Source: Promethearchaeota archaeon
Lineage (GTDB): Archaea > Asgardarchaeota > Lokiarchaeia > Sigyniarchaeales > SOKP01
Direction of reading: 5' to 3'
NCBI GenBank assembly: GCA_030599585.1
Contig: JAUVNS010000009.1
Coordinates: 1-64,000 of the forward strand
Length of the DNA: 64,000 nucleotides
Below are positions 1-10,392 of the stretch, in pieces. Below the pieces are notes generated by a model. It ran no database searches and was not told the origin of the DNA. It saw nothing but the letters and a program-made list of their open reading frames with translations. Numbering within the stretch: position 1 is the stretch's first letter; each line of letters starts with the position of its first letter. The position numbers and the translations under genes were made by a program.

Positions 1-66
1 ATTTTAAATAGGAACTTTGTGTATTATAAGCTAGTCCAATACTAATAACTTAAGAAGATACACAAA

Positions 67-723
67 ATGAGAGAAATTAGGTTTTCAAAACTTGGTATCC
101 TAATAGCGATATTTGTGATAATAGCAATTATTCTCTCATCCCTATTTCTCATTCTTTATCCTTATTATCCTGGTTATAGAGATGATGCTGTAGCCCTTAA
201 ACCTGCTATTTACTTATATCCCCAAGAAACAATGAAGATTAAAGTTTCTCTTTCAATTAATGGTGAAATTACAACAAGTGAGCCAGAATATAATAATGGA
301 TGGGATGTAGTAGTAGGACCGGGAGGTACTATTGACGATAGCTATGATTACTTATTTTACGAAGCGCGATTGAACTATTTAAAACCACCTGACGATGGTT
401 GGTGTGTTGAATACGACCATCTTGAAATATGGATGAATACCACGTTAAAGGAACTTGGATTAAATGAAAAAGAAAGTAGAGATTTTAAGGATTTTTGGTT
501 AGATTTTCACCCCATTGCTAATTATTACGAGATTAAATTATTATCAAAAGACTATTTAGATTTACATATGGGTTTAATTGTAGATCCTCAACCCGAGACA
601 ATAATCAGGGTTCTGCTAACATTTTCTCCTTACCAAAATGCAGTTGAAATAGATACTCCATTAATAACGACACCTATTCGTTCAGGTTTCACAGTCGTAG
701 AATGGGGTGGATTTATAATTTAA
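67..723 (+). CDS. Membrane-anchored conserved hypothetical protein (KPxIYLYP...VEWGG family)
   Basis: N-terminal TM helix; KPAIYLYP and C-terminal VVEWGG motifs of a widespread uncharacterised family. Confidence 0.7.
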   Translation: MREIRFSKLGILIAIFVIIAIILSSLFLILYPYYPGYRDDAVALKPAIYLYPQETMKIKVSLSINGEITTSEPEYNNGWDVVVGPGGTIDDSYDYLFYEARLNYLKPPDDGWCVEYDHLEIWMNTTLKELGLNEKESRDFKDFWLDFHPIANYYEIKLLSKDYLDLHMGLIVDPQPETIIRVLLTFSPYQNAVEIDTPLITTPIRSGFTVVEWGGFII

Positions 724-930
724 TTTTTACCAATGATAATTATATTATCAATGAAAATTCCATTAAAAAATAAAAAAAAAATTATTAAGCTTATTAAAGT
801 CTTTAATAAGAAGATAATGTTTTAAGATAATTCGAGCATTTTGTAATTAATAAATACCTACAATGAAAATTAGCTCTCGATTAACTATTGCTGATATTGT
901 AAAAAATAACACTAAAATAGGGGATTTAGG

Positions 931-2142
931 TTGGGATTAGATGTTAATATTGATGAAAAGAAAGTTCCAGAGTACATACTTCCAGATCCTCTAACTTGTC
1001 TTGATGGAACAAGAGTTAGTAGTAAAACTCTATGGTTCGAGAAAAGGGAACCTGAAATACTTGACCTTTTTGAGCGTTATATATATGGAAAGATGCCGGG
1101 AAAACCTGAAAAAATGTCCTTTGAAATTACATCCATAGATAAAAATGCGCTTAAAGGAAAGGCAACTCGTAAGGAAGTTTCTGTCGTTATGGAAAATTCC
1201 CAATCTACACTACAGATGGAAATTCTTATTTATATTCCTAATTTTCATCCAAAACCAGTTGCTAATTTTTTGGCTTTAAATTTTTATGGAAATCATTCAA
1301 TACATCAAGATCCAAATATTACACTATCAAAGCAGTGGGTGCCTAAAAGAAAGGCATACGGAATAAGAAAAAATCAAGCAACAGAAAATTCGCGAGGCGT
1401 GCTTTCTTATCGATGGCCTATTGAACTTATTATTGATCGCGGTTATGCTCTATCTACAATATACTGTGGCGATCTCGATCCGGATTTTGATGATGGGTTT
1501 CAAAATGGGGTACATCCATTATTTTATAAAAAAGGTCAAACCAAACCTGCTGCTGATGAATGGGGTACTATCGGAGCATGGGCTTGGGGATTAAGGCGGG
1601 CAATGGATTATTTTGAGGTTGATAACAATATAGATAACAACCGTGTAATTGTAATGGGTTTTTCACGTCTGGGAAAAGCAGCATTATGGGCAGGAGCAAT
1701 CGATAAGCGGTTTGCGTTAGTAATTTCTAATAATTCAGGTTGCGGAGGAGCAGCATTATATCGTCGAAAATTTGGTGAAACGATTTCACATATAAATAAC
1801 CAATTTCCCCATTGGTTCTGTGAGAATTTTAAGCAATTTATCGATAAGGAGGATGAACTCCCTGTAGATCAACATATGTTAATCTCATTAATAGCCCCTC
1901 GACCTGTTTATATTGCTAGTGCTGAAAAAGATCTTTGGTCCGACCCGCGAGGAGAATTTCTCTCTGCCAAATACGCAGACCCCGTATATAAAATGCTAGG
2001 AACCACCGGTCTTCAAGTAGATGAGATGCCGAAAACTCATCGGCCAATATTATCGGCTATAGGATACCATATCCGTGAGGGGGTGCATGAAGTTCTTAAA
2101 TATGACTGGGAAAGATACCTTGATTTTGCCGATTATCATTAG
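931..2142 (+). CDS. Carbohydrate esterase family 15 (glucuronoyl esterase-like)
   Basis: [14 protein letters not shown] nucleophile motif, [29 protein letters not shown]; TTG start after GGGG SD-like sequence. Confidence 0.85.
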   Translation: MGLDVNIDEKKVPEYILPDPLTCLDGTRVSSKTLWFEKREPEILDLFERYIYGKMPGKPEKMSFEITSIDKNALKGKATRKEVSVVMENSQSTLQMEILIYIPNFHPKPVANFLALNFYGNHSIHQDPNITLSKQWVPKRKAYGIRKNQATENSRGVLSYRWPIELIIDRGYALSTIYCGDLDPDFDDGFQNGVHPLFYKKGQTKPAADEWGTIGAWAWGLRRAMDYFEVDNNIDNNRVIVMGFSRLGKAALWAGAIDKRFALVISNNSGCGGAALYRRKFGETISHINNQFPHWFCENFKQFIDKEDELPVDQHMLISLIAPRPVYIASAEKDLWSDPRGEFLSAKYADPVYKMLGTTGLQVDEMPKTHRPILSAIGYHIREGVHEVLKYDWERYLDFADYH

Positions 2143-2187
2143 CACATTCCAAAAATACTATCATTTTCAGACAAGTATTCAAACCTC

Positions 2188-4626
2188 TTACATAAAATCC
2201 AACATATCTGCGGTTTTAAATATCGCTTTTGATTCGTAGATTTCGGTATTTTGAGCTTCCCAAAAAATTTGAATACGCTTGATAAGATCTGGGGGCTGTT
2301 CAATTTTCCAATCGTTTGGAAGAACACTATTATAATAGGTTGTTCTAAACCTATGCCCAATTAACATCACAAATCCGCGATCAGTAGAAGTTCGAAAAAT
2401 TCGACCAGCAGCTTGAATTACTTTCATCATCCCAGGGTTTCGATAAGCGTATTCGAAACCTTTTTTCCATTTGAGATCATAATATTCTCGCATTAACTCT
2501 TGTTCCTTTGAATACGCGGGGAGCCCAGGACCAATAATAAATGCTCCAATGGCCATATCTCCTGTAAAGTCTACACCTTCGCTAAAAATTCCCCCATGGA
2601 CAGCGAGAAGAAGATGTTTATCGTCAGGATTTTGGAGTTTCTTTAAGTAATTTCTACGTTTGGCTTCACTCATTTTTCGTTCTTGCACTATGAGCTTAAC
2701 TGAGAGCGGGAGAGTTTCAATCTCCCTTTGGACAGCTTTAAGATAAGCGAATGAAGGAAAAAAAGCCAAATAGTTTCCTTCTTTAACATTTACGGTTTCA
2801 AAAATAATTGAGGCGATAAGACCGTACGATTCTCGACGGTCTTCATATTTAGTTGAGAGTTTGGGCATAATAAGATAAAGTCGGTTTTGTTGAGCAAAAG
2901 GAGAGAGATATTGAATTTTACGTGCTGAGGATGGATACCCTAACATTTTTTGGAAATATTCTAGAGGAAACAGAGTTGCTGATTGCATGATTACAGAGTG
3001 AAAACCTGCGATTTGTTTTTCGAGTTTTGGTGCTGCCGATTTACATAATATTTTGATTTTTCCATCTTTTATATACAATAATTCACTAAATTCAGGAGAG
3101 TTACTTTCTTTTAAGATAGTTGTGAACTGACGAAAATTTAAAACAAATTCCAAGACTTTTTCTTTTTTTCCAGGTTGAAATCCTTGTCGAGATGTGTAGG
3201 CTTGAATATAAGAAAAGATAAAATCTTCCAAGTCTTTTACTACTGCTCGGAAGAAGGTTTTATCAAATTTTACCAGAATTGGCTTTTTTATTGTTTTATC
3301 GGAGTATGGTTTAATCAAATCCAAAATGTAATTAGTTATCTGTTGATATATGTTAATTCCTATTTTCTCAATAGATTTTGGCATATGAAGTGATTGTAAA
3401 TAATTGCCAACATTAGAGAGGGATTCCATCGTTATTTCTGGAGAATAGTAAGTCATCGCTCGGAAGGGTAGATTATGAGCCTCGTCGACAATCAGTATGA
3501 TATTGTCATATTTTTGGTCAAAATATCGCTTCAATCTGATGAAAGGATGGAATACATAATTATAATCCCCCACTATTACATCGCAATGAAGAGAACAATC
3601 CAAAGAGATCTCAAAGGGGCAAACGGTATGAGCTTTTGCTACTTTTCGAATATATCGCGCATCTATGACTTGTTTAGTGAGCATTTCAGACACGATCTTA
3701 CCCAATGAAGCCTTATTGTAATTATCGAGGTAAGGACATAATGATCTTTCACAAGTAAAGGCACTATTTATGCACAATTTCTCTTTTGCAGTGAGAATAA
3801 TCGAATTAAATTGTGCCTTCTTTTTTGCAAATATCCGTAAAGTATCCCTGTAGATATGTTGTTGAGTAGTTTTTGAGGTAATCACGAATACATATAAATT
3901 ATTCTTTAACGCATATTTTAAAGCGGGAAAAAGAGTTCCAACGGTCTTTCCTACACCGGAGGGGGCTAAGAGCATTAATCGTTCTCTCTTCTGAATACAC
4001 TTAAGTACTTTTTTTATGATTTCCTCTTGATTAACTCTATGTTTCTCAAATGGAAAGACAACTGTTTTGTAACGTTCTCGCTGCTCAGATTTGATTTTTT
4101 GTGCCATTTCCCACTCGTTTAAGATAGTTTGACACTGTTTTATAATATATTCTACCAGATCTTGAGGAGGAACATCAATAATTTTGACTTCTTTAGTAAA
4201 AATGTCAATTAACACCAAATGACACCGAATCTTTTTCCCCAGCTGGAGAAAATAATGCCCATACAATAACAACTGTAGGCGATATTCCTCAGCAATTTCT
4301 GATTCAAGATCAAAGCCATCAAGATTCGTTACCGACTTAATTTCTTCAACAACTAAGATTCCCTTGCTTTCATAGGTGATGTCAGCACGCCCAGAGATTA
4401 TAAAGTTCCACCCTTGAACTTTTGTCTTCAACTTCACCAAGACTTCACGTTGGAAGGACTTTTTATTCTTTTTTTGATCTTTTTGATATAGCTGGTGAAT
4501 TTCAGTTCCTTTTGAGGCGCGAATGCGAGAAGGAATCCCCGTATTAGAAAAATTACGCTTTCTAGTTGCAAAAATTACATCTTTTATTGAGATATGGAAT
4601 TCTTTACTCTCCTTGATGACTTTCAA
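2188..4626 (-). CDS. Rad3/XPD/DinG-family Fe-S helicase with N-terminal PD-(D/E)xK (RecB/Cas4-like) nuclease domain
   Basis: APSGVGKT Walker A, DEAH box, four Fe-S Cys, QAAGRIFR motif VI; N-terminal GTEIH...GRAD...EIKS...QLLLY nuclease motifs. Confidence 0.85.
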   Translation of the reverse strand: MKVIKESKEFHISIKDVIFATRKRNFSNTGIPSRIRASKGTEIHQLYQKDQKKNKKSFQREVLVKLKTKVQGWNFIISGRADITYESKGILVVEEIKSVTNLDGFDLESEIAEEYRLQLLLYGHYFLQLGKKIRCHLVLIDIFTKEVKIIDVPPQDLVEYIIKQCQTILNEWEMAQKIKSEQRERYKTVVFPFEKHRVNQEEIIKKVLKCIQKRERLMLLAPSGVGKTVGTLFPALKYALKNNLYVFVITSKTTQQHIYRDTLRIFAKKKAQFNSIILTAKEKLCINSAFTCERSLCPYLDNYNKASLGKIVSEMLTKQVIDARYIRKVAKAHTVCPFEISLDCSLHCDVIVGDYNYVFHPFIRLKRYFDQKYDNIILIVDEAHNLPFRAMTYYSPEITMESLSNVGNYLQSLHMPKSIEKIGINIYQQITNYILDLIKPYSDKTIKKPILVKFDKTFFRAVVKDLEDFIFSYIQAYTSRQGFQPGKKEKVLEFVLNFRQFTTILKESNSPEFSELLYIKDGKIKILCKSAAPKLEKQIAGFHSVIMQSATLFPLEYFQKMLGYPSSARKIQYLSPFAQQNRLYLIMPKLSTKYEDRRESYGLIASIIFETVNVKEGNYLAFFPSFAYLKAVQREIETLPLSVKLIVQERKMSEAKRRNYLKKLQNPDDKHLLLAVHGGIFSEGVDFTGDMAIGAFIIGPGLPAYSKEQELMREYYDLKWKKGFEYAYRNPGMMKVIQAAGRIFRTSTDRGFVMLIGHRFRTTYYNSVLPNDWKIEQPPDLIKRIQIFWEAQNTEIYESKAIFKTADMLDFM

Positions 4627-4782
4627 TTTTTGTGATCACTAGCTCTAACAAATTTATTTACTATATTAAAAAGATGCCCCTCACTGAAATTTTAAATTAT
4701 TAATAAGAGATTAAGTCCCTAATTAACTACCAGATGTTTACTTCTATTAGGATTCGAGGTTTTACGAAAATGCGAGGTGGAG

Positions 4783-4804
4783 TGTGTTCCGGAGTTTTTA
4801 CTCC
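4783..4804 (+). repeat. Dispersed 22-bp repeat, copy 1 (TGTGTTCCGGAGTTTTTACTCC)
   Basis: Exact match to 5841-5862 and 9204-9225; internal inverted repeat GGAGT-TTTT-ACTCC. Confidence 0.9.
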
Positions 4805-4864
4805 AATTTTCTATTTTTTTCTGAAGTTATTAGTAAGGAAGAAATGTGAAGCCCGTAGGTCTTC

Positions 4865-5740
4865 TTATGATCGTTTCTTTTTACGTCTTTCTATCCATAA
4901 TGCTATGACACTTATTATTGCTACATATCCTAGGATGTTGGAAACGATCAATTCAATAGGGATAAATTCGGGAGTAGATCCGTAAAACCTAATTCCAATC
5001 TGTACGGTGTAGTTTTGTGCATCGTTCCATTCGCAGATAAACTTTTTTCCCCCTGTAATGTCTATAACTTGTCGTAAAATTTCTTGATTCCCCGTTATAC
5101 CAAATATGGGATTTCCACCGAATGCTTTATATTCCACTCTTTCCGTCGCGTTTCCTTTCCATAATTTAGCCGTATCTGAAGAATAGATCATGTAGAATAA
5201 ATTCCGAAAGCTTAATGGTTTATGTATCGAACCTTCGAACTGATATTTAACGACATATGTTTTATTTTCCAAAAGCGTTAAATTAGAAGTAATTAAGGTT
5301 ATTGGGCAATGGAAGTCAAATGCGGGTATAAAATCGATATTTACTCCCATACTTGGTAAAGCGTCTCCAGCAGTACTTACGATTTCAAAAGGGACTAGCG
5401 TGTCGTTTACAGACACTCCAAAAGTAGTATTTTCAACATCAAAACATAACGAGAACGGCAGGTTTATAGTGAGATTGGTTGGATTTTCAGGGTTGAATAA
5501 AGTATATGTCCCCTTAAAAGTTATTCCAATTTCGTTGATAAGATCTGTGGCGTTTAGGGTTATAGCTACGCTGGTGTTTAACAACAGGATGTTAGTATTA
5601 TTATTTTTAGGAAAAATATCTGCGATAAATTGGTCTGGTATAGGTGGAATGGAAGCGTTTAATTTAGGGTAAATTTTGATATTTACGGTGAGAATAAAGA
5701 GAGCGATGAGAATTACAGCGGTAAATTGAGATTTTTTCAT
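4865..5740 (-). CDS. Secreted/surface hypothetical protein with signal peptide and C-terminal TM anchor
   Basis: Hydrophobic N-terminus, many N-x-S/T sequons, C-terminal TM followed by RRKKKRS; GGTGA SD. Confidence 0.7.
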   Translation of the reverse strand: MKKSQFTAVILIALFILTVNIKIYPKLNASIPPIPDQFIADIFPKNNNTNILLLNTSVAITLNATDLINEIGITFKGTYTLFNPENPTNLTINLPFSLCFDVENTTFGVSVNDTLVPFEIVSTAGDALPSMGVNIDFIPAFDFHCPITLITSNLTLLENKTYVVKYQFEGSIHKPLSFRNLFYMIYSSDTAKLWKGNATERVEYKAFGGNPIFGITGNQEILRQVIDITGGKKFICEWNDAQNYTVQIGIRFYGSTPEFIPIELIVSNILGYVAIISVIALWIERRKKKRS

Positions 5741-5840
5741 AGTATCACCCTTACTACTCAGCTATTATGATGCATAAAGTCTTAATAAATCTATCGTTAG
5801 TAGGCTGAGGTATTTCAGATATGTAATCGCTTTATTAAAA

Positions 5841-5862
5841 TGTGTTCCGGAGTTTTTACTCC
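5841..5862 (+). repeat. Dispersed 22-bp repeat, copy 2
   Basis: Exact TGTGTTCCGGAGTTTTTACTCC. Confidence 0.9.
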
Positions 5863-5912
5863 CGATTTTATTGTATTTTTCTAGTTCATTAATAAAGAGT
5901 ATAATACTCGTT

Positions 5913-6413
5913 CTAATCCGGTTTTTTCTTCTTTAACCATTTTGGAACTTTAAAGTCACGAACGACAATGCAGATTCCTTGTTCCCAATCAGGATACGGC
6001 TTAATATCCAAAACAGGAGTGTCATTAAAAGCGTCAAGACCTCTAACCATAAGAATATTTTCCTTGCGATTTATAAGTTCAACTAAAGTTAAACCAATGG
6101 GATTTGTATGAATTGGGGCCCTTGTGGCAAAAATTCCTATTGGCTTTGCTCCTAGTTTTTTATTCGGATGATGTAAATATGCCGTATTCTTGATTTTATT
6201 CATCATAAAAATCACATAAATGTGTGAAAAATCCTCAATTCCATCCAAAGCCTTCGTAAGATTCTTATTGATAACTATCTTTGAAATTTGATTTCGACCC
6301 TTTATGTCGTCGTCGATAATATCTGATTTAATCAAGCCTATTGGAGTAATTAGGATGCTTTTTAAAAGTTCATGAGGAATTTCTTTCATAAGAATATTTA
6401 AGATTATCCTCAA
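5913..6413 (-). CDS. trmO: tRNA (t6A37)-N6-methyltransferase TrmO/TsaA family
   Basis: GIFATRAPIHTNPIGLT and GLDAFNDTPVLDIKPY signatures; true start probably downstream of the listed one. Confidence 0.85.
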   Translation of the reverse strand: MRIILNILMKEIPHELLKSILITPIGLIKSDIIDDDIKGRNQISKIVINKNLTKALDGIEDFSHIYVIFMMNKIKNTAYLHHPNKKLGAKPIGIFATRAPIHTNPIGLTLVELINRKENILMVRGLDAFNDTPVLDIKPYPDWEQGICIVVRDFKVPKWLKKKKPD

Positions 6414-6778
6414 AATATAATTTACTGGAAAACTTTATTTTCATAACTTATTTCTAAACTTCTAGCTTAACCTTTTTATTTTATTTTATTTATCTATTTC
6501 ACTACTAAGCTTAAAATAGGAAATTTCGCATTGATTGGTAAATTCAGTGTCTGATTTTCTTGAAAATTCCTTTGAAAAGACGAGAGAGAAAGTAAAAATA
6601 TTGGGATTTTCTCTGCTACGCCACTTTTTTTATAGTAAAGTCATATGAACTAACATATTATCACGATTCTTAGTGAAATTATTTAGTACCTCGAAAAGCT
6701 AAGAGTTTTAAATCAAAAAAAATAAATCACCTTTATGTTAGATGAAGAAATAAGATTAATCAGAGGTGAAATATTCTC

Positions 6779-7993
6779 GTGAACACGGAATCTAAGAAAC
6801 AACGGTTCCTCTTTCTCGATACTATAAAAGTCTTATTTACTATTCTCGTGATATTCCAGCACGTGAGGGTTACTTATGGTGGGTCGGGTGTGTGGTATTA
6901 TATTGAGGCACCTCCAGTAGATACTTTCAGTCTTATATTCTTTATAACTTTATCCTCGATTGGAGGTCTTTTTCAAGCCTCACTCATGGGATTATTCTTT
7001 TTAATGGGAGGTTATTTTACTCCTAAAAGTTACGATCGAAAAGGCGTCCGTTCCTTCTGGAAAGAACGACTTCTTCGTCTCGGTATTCCTCTCTTATTGT
7101 ATATTTTTCTAGTTAATCCTCTTTTGATTTATATTATTCATTCTTTAGGAATTCCAAATTATGGTTCCTTCCTAACACCGCAAGGAACTTTTGTAGACTA
7201 TTATTTAAGTCAATTCCAATCGCTCGAAGCATTTATACGCTTTCTTACAAGAACTGGTCCAATGTGGTTTCTCTACGTTTTATTAATTTTTACCGTAGTT
7301 TATACTCTTTGGCGTCAGGTAACAAAGATTGACTCAGTACAACGACGCATCCCAAAGGAGTTTTCAATCCCAAAATATTTCTATTTGCTCCTTTTCGCTA
7401 TTAGCTTAGGATTTCTTACTTTTTTAGTTCGCTTATTCTCTCCCATAGACAAATTTCCGCTGGGAATACCATTCGGATTTTTCACCATTTATCTCATGAT
7501 GTTCAGCGTTGGTGTCATCGCTGTTCGATATAATTGGATCGGAAAGATGACTAGACATCAAGTCAAAGTTTGGGCTATTACGATATTAGCTGCTTTTATA
7601 TTGCTTTATCTCTATGTCTTTCTTTTTCTGGGATTTGATTCAGATCTTAGTGTTTTCTTAGGAGGGCCCACTTTACACGCTCTTCTATTTGCAGTCGCAG
7701 AAAATGTCGTTGCTATGGGAATGATTTTTGTGTTACTTAAGATTTTTTACGCAAAATTCAACGATCAAGGAAAAATACTACGAAACCTATCCTCTAGCGC
7801 ATTTTATATGTACCTCATTCATCCTCTCGTCCTTGTCCCTGTATCCCTTGGATTTGCATTCATACCCCTTTTTCCTGCTATAAAACTAGCCATTGTATTT
7901 CCTTTAACAGTCATCCTTTGCTATTTGATAAGTCATTTTGTCCTCGAAAAAATTCATTTGAAAAAACACACGAGAGTTACTCAGAATAGTTAG
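6779..7993 (+). CDS. Acyltransferase family 3 (OpgC/MdoC-like) membrane protein
   Basis: FLDTIK...H, MGLFFLMGGYF, ERLLRLGIP, GPMWFL, YLIHP; about 10 TMs; GAGGTGA SD before GTG. Confidence 0.85.
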   Translation: MNTESKKQRFLFLDTIKVLFTILVIFQHVRVTYGGSGVWYYIEAPPVDTFSLIFFITLSSIGGLFQASLMGLFFLMGGYFTPKSYDRKGVRSFWKERLLRLGIPLLLYIFLVNPLLIYIIHSLGIPNYGSFLTPQGTFVDYYLSQFQSLEAFIRFLTRTGPMWFLYVLLIFTVVYTLWRQVTKIDSVQRRIPKEFSIPKYFYLLLFAISLGFLTFLVRLFSPIDKFPLGIPFGFFTIYLMMFSVGVIAVRYNWIGKMTRHQVKVWAITILAAFILLYLYVFLFLGFDSDLSVFLGGPTLHALLFAVAENVVAMGMIFVLLKIFYAKFNDQGKILRNLSSSAFYMYLIHPLVLVPVSLGFAFIPLFPAIKLAIVFPLTVILCYLISHFVLEKIHLKKHTRVTQNS

Positions 7994-8035
7994 AACATCT
8001 AAGCTATTCCAAAAACACGAGAAGTTATAGTGGTG

Positions 8036-8047
8036 GGAGTGTGTTCC
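8036..8047 (+). repeat. Half-copy (left arm) of the dispersed repeat
   Basis: GGAGTGTGTTCC identical to 4779-4790, then diverges after TTCC. Confidence 0.55.
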
Positions 8048-8063
8048 TGGTGTTAACAGTTTT

Positions 8064-9062
8064 TTAGTTGCTTGTACTTTTTAAAAAATCTAATAGCACT
8101 TTTGCTAATTCTTCACCCTTATCTTCTTGTAGAAAATGTCCAGCTCCTTTTATAGTAGTATGAGGTTGGTCTTTTGTTCCAGGTACACGAGCGTGAAACT
8201 CTTTATCCTGTCCCCGAGTGATTGGATCCATATCACTGAAGGTTGTTAAGAAAGGTTTATTCCATTTGGAGAAGACCTCTTTCCATGTTTTGTGATTTTC
8301 CTTTAGCTGAGTAGGTACTAAACTGGGCATTATTCTTGCACCTGCTTTATAACTATCATTAGGGAAAGGAGCATCATAGGCAGCCAAAACATCTGGAGTT
8401 AATTCAGTTTCAGTCCCATTTTGAATAATTTCACTAATTGGAAATTCTGGAGCAGTTTGAGAGTAGGCTACCCACCGAAGAAATGGTTTAATAGATTTTT
8501 TAGATGAATATTCATCACTATCCAAATCTTCTCGAGTTATATTACCTTGTCGTTTAACTAAAAAACGAAATAGAGATGGAAAGATTAAATTAATTAATGT
8601 GCCAAAATCTGGTAAACCAGTGTTGGCAGCTACGATTCTTGTGAACCGATCTGGTTCATTGGCAACAACTCGAAGTCCTATTAATCCCCCCCAATCCTGG
8701 CAAAATAAGGTGATTTCAGTTAAATCGAGTTTCCTTACGAAATCCGTGAATATATCTACTTGCATCTGATAAGTATAATCTTCTATACGTGTAAATTTAT
8801 CTGAACGTCCAAATCCTACTAAATCGGGAGCAATAATATGGTGTCCTGCTCCGGTTAAAATTGGAATCATCTTGCGATATAAATAACACCAAGAGGGTTC
8901 TCCATGCATGAGTAATATAGGTGCTTTTTCTGAGTTTCCTTCTTCCACATAATGAATTCTTATACCCTCAATTTCAACATAATGAGGAGCATAATTAAAT
9001 CCCGATAAATTCTCAAATCTACTATCTGGAGTCCTAAGTATTTCTCGATCCATTTTAATCAT
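8064..9062 (-). CDS. Haloalkane dehalogenase (DhlA/HLD-I-like alpha/beta hydrolase)
   Basis: LRTPDSRF, HGEPSW, QDWGG (Asp nucleophile), DMDPI, GHFLQED. Confidence 0.88.
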   Translation of the reverse strand: MIKMDREILRTPDSRFENLSGFNYAPHYVEIEGIRIHYVEEGNSEKAPILLMHGEPSWCYLYRKMIPILTGAGHHIIAPDLVGFGRSDKFTRIEDYTYQMQVDIFTDFVRKLDLTEITLFCQDWGGLIGLRVVANEPDRFTRIVAANTGLPDFGTLINLIFPSLFRFLVKRQGNITREDLDSDEYSSKKSIKPFLRWVAYSQTAPEFPISEIIQNGTETELTPDVLAAYDAPFPNDSYKAGARIMPSLVPTQLKENHKTWKEVFSKWNKPFLTTFSDMDPITRGQDKEFHARVPGTKDQPHTTIKGAGHFLQEDKGEELAKVLLDFLKSTSN

Positions 9063-9203
9063 TCAATTTTTTTTATTTGAATTATAGTTTTTCATAAATA
9101 ATGTTGGATTATCATTCACATGACCAACATACTCATAAATTGCTGTCTATTAATTTAACTTTTACTTTCTTGTCTAAAAATAAACAAATGAGAAATTATG
9201 GGT

Positions 9204-9225
9204 TGTGTTCCGGAGTTTTTACTCC
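9204..9225 (+). repeat. Dispersed 22-bp repeat, copy 3
   Basis: Exact TGTGTTCCGGAGTTTTTACTCC. Confidence 0.9.
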
Positions 9226-9425
9226 AAGCATTTTATATTTTGCCGATATCATATAGACTTTATTTCTGTTAAGATGTTCCGTTTCCTCGAAGAATGTCAG
9301 TTGAATATGTTCTTTTAATGCAGATTTATTACGTTTGACATAAGTTTAAATATCAACTTAACCGTTTAATTCTTATCGGAACGGTTTATCACTCCGTGGC
9401 GAATTAAGTATTGAGGTGAAATCTA

Positions 9426-10391
9426 TTGGAAGATTCTTTAATATTTTATGAAAAGGAAGGGGAACCTGCAGAAAAAACGTATAAAATTTTGTTCACTGGG
9501 TTGGATGGAGCAGGTAAAACAAGTATAATTTCAGCTCTCCATAGGGAATTCTCAAAAATTGCTTTACTTGAACCAACAAGGGGTGCTCAAAGGAGCAGTT
9601 TTAAATTGTTGGGAAGAGAAATCTCCGAATGGGATTTAGGAGGTCAAAAGAGTTATCTCATTTCCTACTTGAAAAACCCCAGCAAATATTTTGATGAGAC
9701 AGAAATCGCGATTTACGTTATTGACATATTAGATGGTTCTCGTATTAAAGAATCTCTTGGTTATTTGTATGACGTTGTTGATAAGTTCAAAGAATTGAAA
9801 ATTGAACCCCAAATCGTTATTTTCTTTCATAAATACGATCCTAAATTAATCCAAAGCGTTGAAAAACAAATAAAATCTGAAATACTTGCGTTAAATAAAG
9901 AAATTATCAAGAAAGTGGATTACGAGAAGCTCCAATTCTTTAGAACGTCAATATATAATCCTTATACAATCATGCATGCGATGTCTAAAATTCTACTTAA
10001 TTTATATCCAAAATCAGAGTTATTACAAAAAACGATTGATGAATTTACGAGAAAACTAGATTGTGAAGGGTTAATCATTGCCGATAAAAATTCGATTATT
10101 TTAGGTTCCTGCTTCAAAGATGATGAATCAAAAAAACTTTTGAGTAGCACAATTGCTTATTTTTTGACGCTTAACGATGTTTTTGAAGATATGGGACTAG
10201 AACAACAAGAAGATCAAATAGTTGTCAGAAAAATGGGAAAATATTTCTTGTTCAAACCAATCACCTTAAAAAAAACCCCTTTACCATACTATATGCTTGC
10301 ATTAAAAAGTCACGATCCGCTTGGACTCTATTTTCTTAACAAAGATTTTAATGCGTTTGTGAATATGTTCAACGATATTGTTAAGAGTTAA
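9426..10391 (+). CDS. Arf/Rag-like small GTPase with C-terminal roadblock/longin-like domain
   Basis: GLDGAGKT, WDLGGQ, HKYD, TSIY motifs; C-terminal alpha/beta domain; GAGGTGA SD before TTG. Confidence 0.85.
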   Translation: MEDSLIFYEKEGEPAEKTYKILFTGLDGAGKTSIISALHREFSKIALLEPTRGAQRSSFKLLGREISEWDLGGQKSYLISYLKNPSKYFDETEIAIYVIDILDGSRIKESLGYLYDVVDKFKELKIEPQIVIFFHKYDPKLIQSVEKQIKSEILALNKEIIKKVDYEKLQFFRTSIYNPYTIMHAMSKILLNLYPKSELLQKTIDEFTRKLDCEGLIIADKNSIILGSCFKDDESKKLLSSTIAYFLTLNDVFEDMGLEQQEDQIVVRKMGKYFLFKPITLKKTPLPYYMLALKSHDPLGLYFLNKDFNAFVNMFNDIVKS

Positions 10392-10392
10392 T

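Noticed and set aside
4734-4985. 83-aa + strand ORF
   Set aside because: It runs through repeat copy 1 and overlaps the 3' end of a better-supported minus-strand gene.
9360-9407. Inverted repeats in the GTPase leader (AACCGTT...AACGGTT) as a riboswitch
   Set aside because: The 7-bp stems are expected by chance in AT-rich DNA and match no family I recognise.
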